From assembly GCA_030704615.1 (NCBI GenBank), contig CM060731.1, positions 48,050,001 through 48,114,000 of the forward strand: 64,000 bases of DNA, written 5' to 3'. A program made the position numbers and the translations under genes. Below the pieces are notes generated by a model. That model ran no database searches and was not told the origin of the DNA. It saw only the letters and a list, made by a program, of their open reading frames with translations. Within the stretch, counting starts at the first letter, position 1. Every line of letters begins with the position of its first letter. Source of the stretch: Takakia lepidozioides (taxonomy: Eukaryota; Plantae; Bryophyta). Shown one piece after another: positions 35,701 to 47,780 of the stretch.

Positions 35701-38700
35701 CAATTGCTTCCACAATCTCAGAAGAACTAATGGGAGCATTATAAGCCATTGAAATATACTCCAGTTCATCAGGGCTGTTTTGAATCGTAGGAACAGTTTT
35801 TCCAACTGTGTCCCTCCATTCAGCAGAAGACCCCTCACTGTTAGACCTAGAAGTTCTGCCAAGGATACTGTAGTGAGTTTCAAAGGTTTTGACAATGTCA
35901 ACCGATGAAGTCACCACTGCACCTTTAGTAGTCTTCAGCGCTTTACTTGCTGACCGTTTTTCGGCTTGTACAAACGTTGAAGGGCCAACCAGAATTTCTT
36001 GTCATTACCACCATGGTGGTTTGAGTTTATTTCACTGTATAACTTGTCCCAGTATAATTTCTTCTGAGACCTAACAAGCTGATTGATATCTTTACGGAGC
36101 TGGTAGTACCTCGCCCACAATTCTCTGTTGGTTTCCAAATTGCAGCACTCTTTATAGAGAGAGAAAAAGAAAGGAAGCTGGTAGAGAGTGAAATTGGAGG
36201 TTGAGAAGAGAAAAACAGAGAAAGTTATTATGGCTTCAATCTAAACGCACCTCAGCAATAGGCACCAGACAAGCGCCGATATACTCTGATTTCTCAAGTG
36301 TCTCATCGTCCATCAGTCGGAACGTTAATTTCTGTGTTTCTGCATCCTCCACCTGCCAACAGATTTGCCAAAAGGTGACTTTAGTTTTCACCCTCACACA
36401 GGGAACAGACTCCAATACTTGTCGAACAGTCATACCTGTAGGGATTGAATATTTTGGTATTATCCTCTGAATGTATCAACTGGGTGGTACGTGTACCAAG
36501 TCTTAAAACCCCCTTCCTTGAATTCAACTCTAACACTACACATGGAATGAATAGACTGACAATGGACTGTTCATTCACACATCAGGCTGGGGAGTCTTAA
36601 AGTTTGCTTCCCGGATTATCCATCTCATTTGCTGTTGACAGCCCAACGCATATCCTCATCATAGTGATTCTTTCAAAGGAATTTACCTTGACAAGTGACC
36701 CTTTCTCAGCAACAATGACAACCACAGCAAACTATGGAAAAAATCCCGATAGATCATCAACAAGAAACATTTCCCAAATAAAAGGAAGTACCACAATGTT
36801 GAACGTCTCATTCCAGACTGGCTTGAGTGAATTTTTCTTGACGGTGCTGCGCTTCATCACATCTTGCTTTTCGCGTACGAACATTATAACAAAGGGATCC
36901 GTCTTACCCACGATATCAGTATTCTTGATATCCTTCCCTTCGATTAATGACACCTCCAACTCTCCAACTGGATGCAGTTCCAAAAAGCTGCTCTCCACCA
37001 CACCACCCAAAGCTTTTTTCAAATAATATCAAAGAGAATGAAATGAAATGGTGCTTTATAACGTAAATGGAAGGACATGGGAGAAAATAGGAAAACCAGA
37101 GTCAGAGAAATCATGGGAGAAAATAGGAACCAAGTCAGAGAAAGAACTATTGTTCGAGTGATTGTCTAAGGTGAATGCCTCGTGCAGGTAGGCTGCCAAA
37201 CATTTCTGATCCTCATAGTGGAAGACTTCAGTGAGAGATTGGGTTCCACGGAATAGACAATGGAATCTCACGGATCCCATAGTATGGGGGCAATAGAAGA
37301 AGAAGTGTTCTTCAGTTTCAATTTCCTGGTTGCGCCCTGTGCAAGCAGGACATAGGTGGTCCTCCCGCTGCAGGTTTTCCCATCTGCCAGTCTCTATCCG
37401 TAGGTTGTGGGACCCACCCTGAACCGCCAAAGCCCTCAGGAGAGAAGGAGATAAAGAGGCCGAAGGTAATTGGGCCGCAAGATTCTATCATCCCGGAGAA
37501 CCAAGAATGAATGTGAGAAGAACAGACACCCACACTTATATACATCCAAAGATAGAAATGAAGGTATGCATTTCATACATACATACCTTCATGAAGATGT
37601 GCATGATATGTACAACCATTATTACATCATTGTACATCATGGCTTGCCTCTCCATATTAGGCTCACTTAAGACAAGAAAAAAGTTGAGAGTACACACCTG
37701 AAGTCCCCTGGCATCATGGGAATGACAATCCGGTTTGGCCATACCAGAATATCCATCAGCGCTGTCCTAATTGAATTCTGTTTTGCCCCCCTCCCAATCC
37801 CATCCAATCCAAAATCACTCCTAGTTCCTCCCAGGCTCCTCTAATGGCAGATCCAGACCCGACTAAAACTAACTCTTAGCTTACAGTGAGCAGTTCATAA
37901 TATTCTCATTACTGTATCATTGGTATAAAAATCATCTACTGAATCATACAAGTTCATTATCAGCTCACAGACATAACCAACTAAAAGAGGGAAATTGCAA
38001 CAGAGAAGGTATACTCACATCTATCATCTTCTCAACACCAGGTAAAGCGTTGATGTCGCCCCCCAAAAATTTGAGGTCAACCCAAGCTCTGGCTGAACAC
38101 CCAAAGTTTCACAACTGTTTGTGTCAATCTCCCCACTACAAAAGTTCTGTGAGAAGAGTCCATCATCGTCTCCTCCCCTCTCTAACTTGTCTCCTTTTCT
38201 CCCTGTCCTCTAGGAAGCCTATTGCCATTGGGTGGACTTGATACGGGAGTACGTTAATGTCTCTGTGACTAAATGCCGGCCTTGTGACCTTGTGTCTTTG
38301 TTTGTTTCGACCTGAAGCGCTTTGCTCCAGGTAAGGTAGTGCATTGGATTTAGTTTGAAAGCTTGGGGCCTTTCCCTCTTTAGAATATGCCTACACGGGC
38401 CATTCCCTGCAACTCCCTGAAGTGTGATCTCTGAATGGTAACAAGCAGACCCCTACCGCTTGGGGGCAGCCGCCTCCGCCCAAATTGGGCAGTCGTATGC
38501 TCTGTCTAGCATACTCGGCACTTGGGCTCGGGTTGGTTCCTGTGCTTAAACTTATAGCCTGCGACAGCAATCAAAATTTTAGCTCCTATCAACATCAACA
38601 CTCCTCAGGGTGATTCCTGGGAATAGGTTACTTATGCCAAATCTAGGGCTTCATGTGTAGTTTTTGGGGTGAATCCTAAGATGGACGATGTGTCCTTTAA

Positions 38701-41700
38701 AACTACATGCTCTAGCTTAGGCTTGGATTTCATGGCTAATGGTTCGATCTCAAGACTTGATAACAGGGGTACGTTGAAGGTTGCAATGACCAAAAGTGCT
38801 TCTAATAGAGTCCCACATCAATTCAATCTCAAAGAAGTTTGTCCCTCGACTGGCTGGAGAGCGGTCTTAGACATTGGTGATTCAATGGGGCGCTCTAGGA
38901 AGACAACCAAGGGCAAGGACTTCAACTTGAGAGTTTCTAATCGGTTTGATGCTCTGGATGAGGTTGAATCCAAACAGCCAGAAGGACAAGATGCCCCTAA
39001 CTGAATCTGAAGGATTTGGTACTCTGAATGGTTTACCAATCCTCAAGGTTTACACAAGACGAGTAAATTCTATACACGGGGTAATTGTCCCCAAGCCGTC
39101 AGATGGACACTCTGTCCCTAAGTGTGCAGAGCCTGAACGTCGTGTAACTGAAGGATTTGGTACTCTGAATGGTTTACCAATCCTCAAAGTCTACACAACG
39201 AGCAAAATCTATACACGGGTAATTGTCCCCAAGCAGTCAGACGGACAATCTGTCCCGAAGTGTGCGGAGCCTGTACGTCGTGTAACTGAAGGATTTGGTA
39301 CCCTGAATGGTTTACCAATTCTCAAAGTTTACACAAGACGAGCAAAATCTACACACGGGGTAACTGTCCCCCCTTTGCAGAACGGTTGGCCGTCCAGGAG
39401 CAATCACAAGCTACCTAGACAACAAACAATTCATATGCAAAGAGCTGGCTTGCGGCTGGGTACTTTCAATTGTCACAGCCCCTCATAGCCCGTCACAGCC
39501 CCTCACAGCCCGTCACAACCTGACTAAACCAAAGGAAGCAACTCGAAGCGGCACAAGTTCTTCAGGCCAATAACATTCATATTTGTGCTGGTCAGGAGAC
39601 ATGGGAAACTCTGGATAAATTGGTTGGAGATGTCAATGGTATAAGTGGACGGGTAAGATGTGTACTCTCAAGGCAGCCTCTGCCAAACACGGCCAAAAAG
39701 GGGTTGGATACTTTGTCCGCGATTTCTTGTTTGATAATTGTGAAATTATCAACAAGGGTTTGAGGTATGAGCATAGTATCTGGCTAAAACTGAATCTGAA
39801 GGGCGCGAATACGAAGGACCTCTTTGTGGGTTGTGTATACATGCCCACAGAGGGGACCCTTAGTGTTGACGCAGACAAAGCCTTCGAAGATGAAATGAAA
39901 TGAAATGAAATGGTGCTTTATAACGTCCGCGGAAAGCTCGTAGAGCTTATGGGACAAAATGGAAGAAAACATGAGAGAGGAACAAATCCAGAAACCACAA
40001 TTAATGTTCTAGCGATTGTCTAAGGGTGAAGGCCTCGTGTAGGTAGGCTGCCAAGCATTTTTGATCCTCATAGTGAAAGACATCAGTGAGAGTTTGGGTT
40101 CCACTGAATAAACAGTGGAATCTCCCACGGATCTCGTAGTATAGAGGGCAGTAGAAGAAGAAGTGTTCTTCAGTTTCAATTTCCTTGCTGCGCCCTATGC
40201 AAGCTGGACATAGGCGGTCCTCCCGTTGCAGGTTTTCCCATCTGCCAGTCTCTATCCGTAGGTTGTGGGAACCCACCCTGAACCGCCCCATGCCCTCAAG
40301 AGGGAAGGAGATAAGGGTGCTGAAAGGTAATTTGGTCTCAAGATTCTATCATCGCGGAGCACCAAGAATGTCTCTCGATAGAAGTGGAGCTTTGTCGTGA
40401 GATTGGGTAGCATCCAAGTTCTCTTGACATGTAATTCCATAAGCTCTCTCCGAATCAAAGCCACTTTTGGTCGGGGGATGCCGCAGATGTATTTGCTTGC
40501 ATTTGGCCTGAAGGCGGACAGAGGCCGCCTTACCTTTAGTCAACCTGTCCAAGGCAGTGGCTGCAAAGTGAAACTTGGGGGAGTGGATAACCAGACCTAG
40601 GTACCGGTATGATTTCACAATCTCAATTTCCTGCTGGTTGAAGATGAATCTACGATCAGCCTGGCCATTGAAGACCATGATCTTGGTCTTGCTAAGATTG
40701 ACCTGCATCCCATAGTCTTTGCAGAACTGTTCCAAAATTTTGAGATGGCGTTGCAGAAAGACCGGGGATTGTGCCAAAAGGGCAACATCATCAGCATAGA
40801 GGAGATCTGATTGGGTTGGTCCCCCATCCAATGGGACCCCAACCCCATGGTTTTTTGATATGTAATTCTCCAAGGCGTCAATGTAGATCCCGAACAGGGT
40901 AGGTGAAAGGGGGCAGCCCTGTTTGACTCCAATGTTGCTGTGGATCTCGGCTGAGAATTCACCAGGGACGTTGACCATGCAAGATGTAAAGCTGGACTGT
41001 GCTTCGTTCCTTGCCAAAGGTCAGGTGGTTCTATTGGGTGACTTCAATGCCCGGGTGGGCAAAGGTCTCCATCAGGACGATATCATTGGGCCTTTTGGTG
41101 AGGACGAGCTGAATTCTAATGGCAGACGGTTAATTAACTGTTTGGAAGAGCTTCAGCTTTTGACCTTGAATAACAGGACAAGAGGTGACCAAGTGCAATG
41201 GACTCGTGAGAAATCCCAAACTGGGGAACGTTCCATTGTGGACTATATCATAATGGACAAAAATTTGTTTCCCCAGTGTGCCAATGTGTTGATCGACAGA
41301 ACTGATATTGGTACCTCTGACCACTTCCTGGTTTGGACTGAGATCAAAAGGTGTTTTCCCAACACCAAGAGATCTGTGAACCGTTCGATTTGGAAGTGGC
41401 ACATAGAAAAATTCCATAATGAGGAGGTCAAGGCTGAGTATGTCCAGGCCTTGCAAGAGGCTCTCCCTCATTTTGTCCAATCGCTCCAAGAACTTCAGTC
41501 TCGCTCTGACAACGCAAGAAATGAAGTCGAAAGAGCAGTGGACTCTTGGGAGAGTTTTGTTTTCTCTGTGGCTGACAAGATCATTGGGAGGAAACTAATT
41601 GTCTGCGGTAGAGCTGTTAATTGGTGGACCAATGAGATTAAACTCACGATAGCTGAGGGACGAGCCCTCTATAAAGAGTGCTGCAATTTGAAAACCAACA

Positions 41701-44700
41701 GAGAATTGTGGGCGAGGTACTACCAGCTCCGTAAAGATATCAATCAGCTTGTTAGGTCTCAGAAGAAATTATACTGGGACAAGTTTACAGTGAAATAAAC
41801 TCAAACCACCACGGTGGTAATGACAAGAAATTCTGGTTGGCCCTTCAAAGTTTGTACAAGCCGAAAAACGGTCAGCAAGTAAAAGCGCTGAAGACTACTA
41901 AAGGTGCAGTGGTGACTTCATCGGTTGACATTGTCAAAACCTTTGAAACTCACTACAGTATCCTTGGCAGAACATCTAGGTCTAACAGTGAGGGGGCTTC
42001 TGCTGAATGGAGGGACACAGTTGGAAAAACTGTTCCTATCATTCAAAACAGCCCTGATGAACTGGAGTATATTTCAATGGCTTATAACGCTCCCATTAGT
42101 TCTTCTGAGATTGTGGAAGCAATTGAACATTTAAATGGATATAAAGCTGGTGGACCTGATGGTATTGTCAACGAGCTCATCAAGCACGGTGGCGATCCCA
42201 TGATAGAGGCCCTAGTTCTCCTCTTTAACCTTATCTGGAAGACTGAAATGATCCCCTTTCGCTGGCGACAGGGGTCATTGTCAATCTATACAAGAAGGGT
42301 GACAGACAAGAACCGGGGAACTACCGTGGCATCACGCTCCTCAATGCTGTTGGCAAGACATTCTGCAGAGTTAAAGTACTTTCTTGAGGCTGATCTGGAG
42401 TCTAGAGGTTGTTTCCACGAAGGTCAAACTGGCTTTCGGCGAAACAGGGGCTGTGTGGATCATATCTTCACTCTAAGCCAGATTATCCAGGGAAGGAAAA
42501 AAGAAGGGAAACCCACTTATGTCTTTTTCCTGGATGTCAAAAAGGCTTATGACACAGTGTGGAGAGATGGCCTATGGTTCCGCCTCTGGTCTTGTGGGAT
42601 CAAGGGAAAGATGTGGAGAGTTGTCCACAACTTGTACGCTCACACCAAAAGCTGTGTCACTGTTAACGGACAGACGTCCAACTTCTTTGACATAGACCAA
42701 GGTGTAGTTCAAGGATGTACTCTCTCCCCTCTGCTTCAATGTTTTCATCAATCAACTCCTGAGGATGTGGAAAGTGAGGGATTTGGGTTAAGGGTGGGTG
42801 ATACCACCATACCAGCCCTTATGTTTGCGGATGACTTTGCAGGCATAGGGGAGCCTCCAACCAATCTCCAGGAGTTGATTGATTGCGCGAAGAGATACTT
42901 TGATCTTTGGGGGCTAGAGTAATGTCAGCAAATGTGCAGTGGTAGCATTCAACGACAGAGGAGAGGGAGGAAGTGATCTTAAGTGGCAGTGGGGTAGCCA
43001 AGAGATCGGTCCTCCCTTCCTACACTTACCTGGGCGTTGAGTTTTCCTCCAATTGTAATTGGGATGCACATATCCGGAAAGTTGTTCAAACTGGCAAGGG
43101 CAAAGCTCTGGGGCTCACTAAATTTTTCCACTGCAGAGGGGTCAACACTGAGGTTAAGAAAACCATGCTTTGTCGCGTTATTAGACCTGCCTTGGAGTAC
43201 GGATCTGCAATATGGGTTGATAACTCCAACCAGGCTGTCTCTAGAATCCATTCAAGTGGGGGTGCTTAAGGAGTGTATGCCAGCATGCTCCAAAACAGCC
43301 AATGTGGCTGTTCGGGGTGAGTTTGGCATTCCGTCCTTAAGCTCCCGACGAGGTGAATTCAAGGTCAGATGGTGGGGTCAGCTGCAACATATGTCCAACA
43401 CCAGATATCCTAAGTTAATCGACTCTATATCTTGGAAACAGGACCGCCTGTCAAACAGGCTAAGTCCTGGCAGAAGAGAGTAGAAGAGATTCTCAAGGAC
43501 CTGGACCTGGACCCCGTCTGACCCTGCTGGATAAATCTTTTTGAGGCTGTAGTCCAAAGCCATGTCTGTTGCCATGAGATTGTCTGATGAAAATGAAACA
43601 GAGAAACTTCCCTGAACTTGTTTCCAGTCAGTGACATGGGGGAGGACATCTTGGATGACCTCAAGGGTCTACCCACTCTCGGCACTAGACTGAAATTTAA
43701 ACTCAGGGCAGGAAGCCTACCTTTGAACAGCAAACAGAAGCAGAGAGAAAAGGGAGAGTGCAATTGCCCGTTGTGTGGGCAATCTGAAGACAGTATTGAT
43801 TTCCTGATACACTGTCCGGGGTTCTCTCACCAAAGAGAGACACTCCCTTCAAATCTATCAAGGGAATTGTGCCTCTACCTCTGTTTACCAACTTTGAAAG
43901 TCTCGAGGCTGAGCCAAAAGCCCAGGCCCTCCTGAGGCTAGTTTTTGGGCAAATCACACAAAGCAGATTGATGCTTGTGTGAAGGGATTTCTAGAGGATA
44001 TCTGGAAAACCCGGATTAATTCTATATATGAAGGTAAGTCTTACTACCAACGTCAGCCCCTGACAGAGGTAGGTTCTGTCCCTTTTGTTTCCGCTCAAAC
44101 TGGGCGCGGAGTCAATGGCCACAAGGCTATGGCAAACAACGTCTTATGAGTACAATCTAACTTGTCTCCTGTGGTGTGACTGGCAGCAGCACCATACCCA
44201 CATGAGTCATGCCTGTATGGAGGCAGAGGGCTACAGAAGTGTTGGACTCAATCTTGCTTTCAGGAACAATTTGAGCGCCACCTTACATTATCTTTCCGAG
44301 CCTTGTCACATGACTATCATTGGCTTCAGGGTATGGCGGCTGTGAGCTCAGACCAGCTCCAGAACCACTCCAAAGGACCAGCATAGTACCTCATAAACAT
44401 CCATCAAAGTGATTGAATCCGCCAACCCATGTAAACTACTACTCGTGCAAACTACAGTTAACAAAGGACATATGAGAGAGAAGTTACCACACCGGTTCAC
44501 TCATCGAAGCAAGAATTGCGCCAAAGCCTGGGATCTGCGGTGTCAGAGGCTTGAAGACCACCTTTCCTACTCCATTCACGCGCCAATTTTTCACCTGTGA
44601 GCACACAAACATTTCATATACGTGAACCTGCTGGAACAGGCTGATTCAAATCAGCACTTGTGATATCCTCTGCACTAAACACTATATCAGAAAATGGATA

Positions 44701-47700
44701 TTTTCTTGAGGCCGTCCGCCCATCTTAACAATCTCCTTTCCTCTCTTCACCTGTTTATTGGTCAAGGTACTCCCCGCCCTGAGTGTAAATTTCGAGGGTA
44801 GGTAAGTCCTTCCGATCATCCTTAAGGACCACCACGTCACAAACTGGAAACAAGGTCAGGGAAGCTTTATGCCAACTGCATTACCATATGAAGGAAGATC
44901 ATCCAATTTGGTGACTTATCTGAGTTTGAAACTGCAATAGCTGTCCGAAATGTGAGAGTGTTAGAAATGAAATGAAACTGTTAGAAAAAGAGTGAGAGTG
45001 TTAGAACGAAAGGAAATATTTGAGGTGGTGCAGGAGGAGAGAGGTCCTCACAAAGGAGAAGGGGAGAAAGCAAATCAAGAAAAAGAAAAAAGAGAGGGCG
45101 GAATCAACACCCACCAACTTTAAAGTCAGGACCAGTCGTATTGACTTTGAAAACCAAGGATTCCTTCTCAGTTTCCCATCCAATGTGTACCTCCAATACA
45201 CACTCATCTTCATCACCTTCAGTTACCCTAATTCCTGACACCCCCCAATTGCACATCTCCTCACTGTTTGAGTCTTGACTAAATCGCATGCCTGCTTCAT
45301 TGGAGTGGGCCAAGAGGAATTCTGATGCATTCAGAGTGTTTACACAAAATCAATTTCCACCATTCAAGATAGATTAAGACAGATGGTTATCACCCTACTC
45401 AGGCAAAAACCCCAGCATTGAAAAAATGCAACATTTATAGCGCACAGTAACAGAGGCAATGGCAAGCTGGTTGGGTGAGAATTGCAGTATGGAAGTGCCA
45501 AATCTCTCTCATACCCAATAGTGAGATAAGGAGGAGAATATTTTCACATTCAGAAGAGAAAGCCAGAAAGCAGAGACACATACTTAAAACCTGAAAGCAA
45601 GGGTAGGTGCACAGACCGAGAACTCGAGGGGCTCGGACTCCAAGTTTGACAGTTTTGATAATTAACTTATGAATGACACCAACGGCATATTGGTCCAGGA
45701 CTGGCTGCAAAGTATCCATTATCATTTTTGATGCCGCCTGTTCAGCACCAAAGCTTCAGCATCACAAAACTTCCTCAAAGCTGAATTTCTCAGGACCTAA
45801 TTAGTGTGATTTGGTCTCAAAACTTGATCTATCTCTCTCACATACAAATAAATGGCTGTGGATACCGAGTAAACTTCACAATTGAAAACGGAGATGGTCG
45901 GGCTATTCATTGATACTGAGAATCACACCTGACTGGGAGGGGTTATATCCTGCATACTAGATGCCCAAAGCTGCACCTCTGTAAGTTCATGGAAGTGAAC
46001 GGCAACTAATACTTCTTCATGGCTCTCTCTCACCTTAGAGGAAATCTGGAAAACCCAAACTAATTGTTTATATTAAGGTAAGTCCCACGACTGGAGTGAG
46101 CCCCTCACAAAGGTAGTGTCTGTCCCCTCTTGTTCTGCCGAAACTGTGCATGGGGTTTATAGCCAAAAGGCTACAGCAAACGTCTGTCTTATGAGTACAC
46201 TCCCTCCCTATCCCTCTCCTTTTTAGCCCATTGATGCCAGGTCACAACTTTGGAGAGTAAGATTAAAGGTCCACCAGCTCACCTCCTCAAGGACTACCCA
46301 CATTTTATTTATTTCCCTGTTCAGCCACTCCATCTGCATCACGCATCCCCAACATCAGTTGCTGAATACCACACAAGAAGACAACCTTAATGTCAACATA
46401 TCTGCTTAGCTTTAATTCCTGGCTAAATGTTGATTAATTTCACAAGCTTATTGCACACATACCCTCATACACACCAGGAGCCTATTAACAAAGTTTTTTG
46501 AGTACAATGTTGAGTAACACTAAATTTTTTTAAGGTCAAGATCACCAAACCATACTGCGGATAAAACTGAGACCATGGGTCAGTTGATGAAGTGACGATT
46601 ATCATGCTCACCAAGTTCATCAGAAGGACCCATCACATCACTCTTATCTCAGTACACCAGATCTACCTCAAGTGTCACACTCATGGGTATAGGGCTGCAC
46701 TATCTACATGAGACTATTACCAAGGTTGGTTTGAGCAAGTTGCTTCAGATTCTACACGTTTCATCACAAATCAAACCCAAAATCTAAAGAGTATCTCTAT
46801 CGTGGAGAATCACAAGTAAACTTTGTTTGATGGTGGGTGAAATCATGTGGTCCATTCATGGCTATAAGCCTTGTAATTTGATTGACTGGCAGATGCATAA
46901 AGATAATCAACTCACAGGCACTCTTAACAGATGCCGTAGACTGTCTTAAGCAAATTAGGCCCAAAGTAAGGACCCTTGAAAGGAATAAAGATATGGAGTT
47001 CACCTTTTCAAAGTCAGTAAAAACGGCCCATCTGGGAAAAGACTCAGAATTGGGAAGAAGAATTCTCAATGCATTCGCATTCAATTGTGACATTTGTGCA
47101 ACGGACACCACCTGCATACACCAGGCTCCATGTCAATTTTCTCTACTGCAATGAAAAGATACAAATGATGTGAAAGAACCTCCTTCGTTGGAGAAGGGGA
47201 AGCTATACATTCTTTACTGCACAACTGTTTGTGATGGATAGAATTAGAGAGGGACCCCACCTTGTGCATGCGCAAGTCAGAGCGATAGCAGCTTATGAGC
47301 TGGAATGAGAACATGGCGGTAAAGCCCAGGGTGATGCCCACGATAAACTGGCTTTTGAAGGACAGCGAGCTTATATACAGCATACCCATCAGCAGTAAGG
47401 GGACCACAGCTGCAGTCACTGCAATGGGCAGCCGAATGCGGATTGTCGAGCATCTTCTTGGCAAGTCCTACATTTGATTGCAGTGATGTCTCGTTATTCC
47501 CTTCCTTCTCCATGCCTTCTGTTGCATTTGATGATTTCTCGGAGATGGATTTCTTGAGCTCTCCTGTAGATTGATCCTTTGGTTTGGGAGCTGGGTGAGA
47601 AGTTCCCAGCCCATTAGGTTGCTGCTTGTTTGCAACTTTGGGTTGCTGGTCCGCTCCATCAGCTTCAGTACCCTGTGTGAGAACTGGATTGGAACCTTGC

Positions 47701-47780
47701 TGGAGAGCTTCACGTGCATTGTCTCCCCGATCTATCGTCGATTTTGGACTTGTGCCTTCCACCATAGGGACTGATGCCAT
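32701..47780 (-). CDS. Synaptotagmin-like SMP + C2 protein (SYT4/5-like), about 11 exons, with an apparent 1-bp frameshift
   Basis: Exons in order: TM FIVGITLGF..; SFPRWAVFTDFEK; MEWLNREINKMW; LQPVLDQY..KLGVRAPRV; GIRVTEG..; VFKPLTPQIPGFGAIL; DLKFLGGDINALPGV; MDILVWPNRIVIP..GDFS; LELHPVGELEV..KNTDIVGKTDPFV..LKPVWNETF; VEDAETQKL..; final exon 32885-32701. Start is 47389 or 47780. Confidence 0.85.
33211..33433. repeat. 2 x about 112-bp diverged tandem repeat (intronic)
   Basis: TCTCTAAAGGGTACTCCAAACA..TAAACTGACAAGAGCTGA occurs twice. Confidence 0.8.
33651..36155 (-). mobile_element. 5'-truncated LINE family A (RT + CCHC) in a synaptotagmin intron
   Basis: RT motifs NYRGITLL, QAGFR, FLDVKKAYDTV, GVAQGCTLSPLLF and MFADD. 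TSD AGAGAGAGA lies at 33642-33650 and 36156-36164. Confidence 0.95.
37036..37505 (-). mobile_element. 5'-truncated LINE family B in a synaptotagmin intron
   Basis: Encodes GSHNLRIETGRW..LCPAC..ETEEHFFFYCP with a (CATTT)n tail. AGAATGAA occurs at both ends. Confidence 0.88.
39008..39370 (+). repeat. About 2.6 x 140-bp coding tandem repeat upstream of the LINE-A endonuclease
   Basis: EGFGTLNGLPILKVYT is repeated three times in ORF 38946-39488. Confidence 0.9.
39893..40980 (-). mobile_element. LINE family B (RT 3' half, internally deleted) nested in the LINE-A endonuclease
   Basis: Encodes GVKQGCPLSPTLF, LLYADD, YRYLG and the GSHNLRIETGRW end, with a (CATTT)n tail. TSD AAGATG lies at 39887-39892 and 40981-40986. 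Removing the insert restores DKAFEDVKLDCASF..GDFNAR. Confidence 0.95.
44740..44875 (-). mobile_element. Old LINE family A fragment
   Basis: Similar to the LFPV..DDLKGLPTL region and to the subfamily at 30980-31050. Confidence 0.6.
46033..46199 (+). mobile_element. Old LINE family A 3' fragment
   Basis: TAGAGGAAATCTGGAAAACCC...GTCTTATGAGTACA matches the family A terminus. Confidence 0.75.

Larger units (their letters stand above)
38196..44155 (+). mobile_element. Full-length LINE family A (APE endonuclease - RT - CCHC; RTE-X-like), decayed, intronic
   Basis: 15-bp TSD TCTAACTTGTCTCCT lies at 38181-38195 and 44156-44170. Motifs: NRFDAL; APE motifs LRLGTFNC, QETW, GVGYFV, VYMPT, GDFNAR, SIVDYI, SDHFLV; RT MFADD; C-terminal CPLC knuckle. 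Confidence 0.95.
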
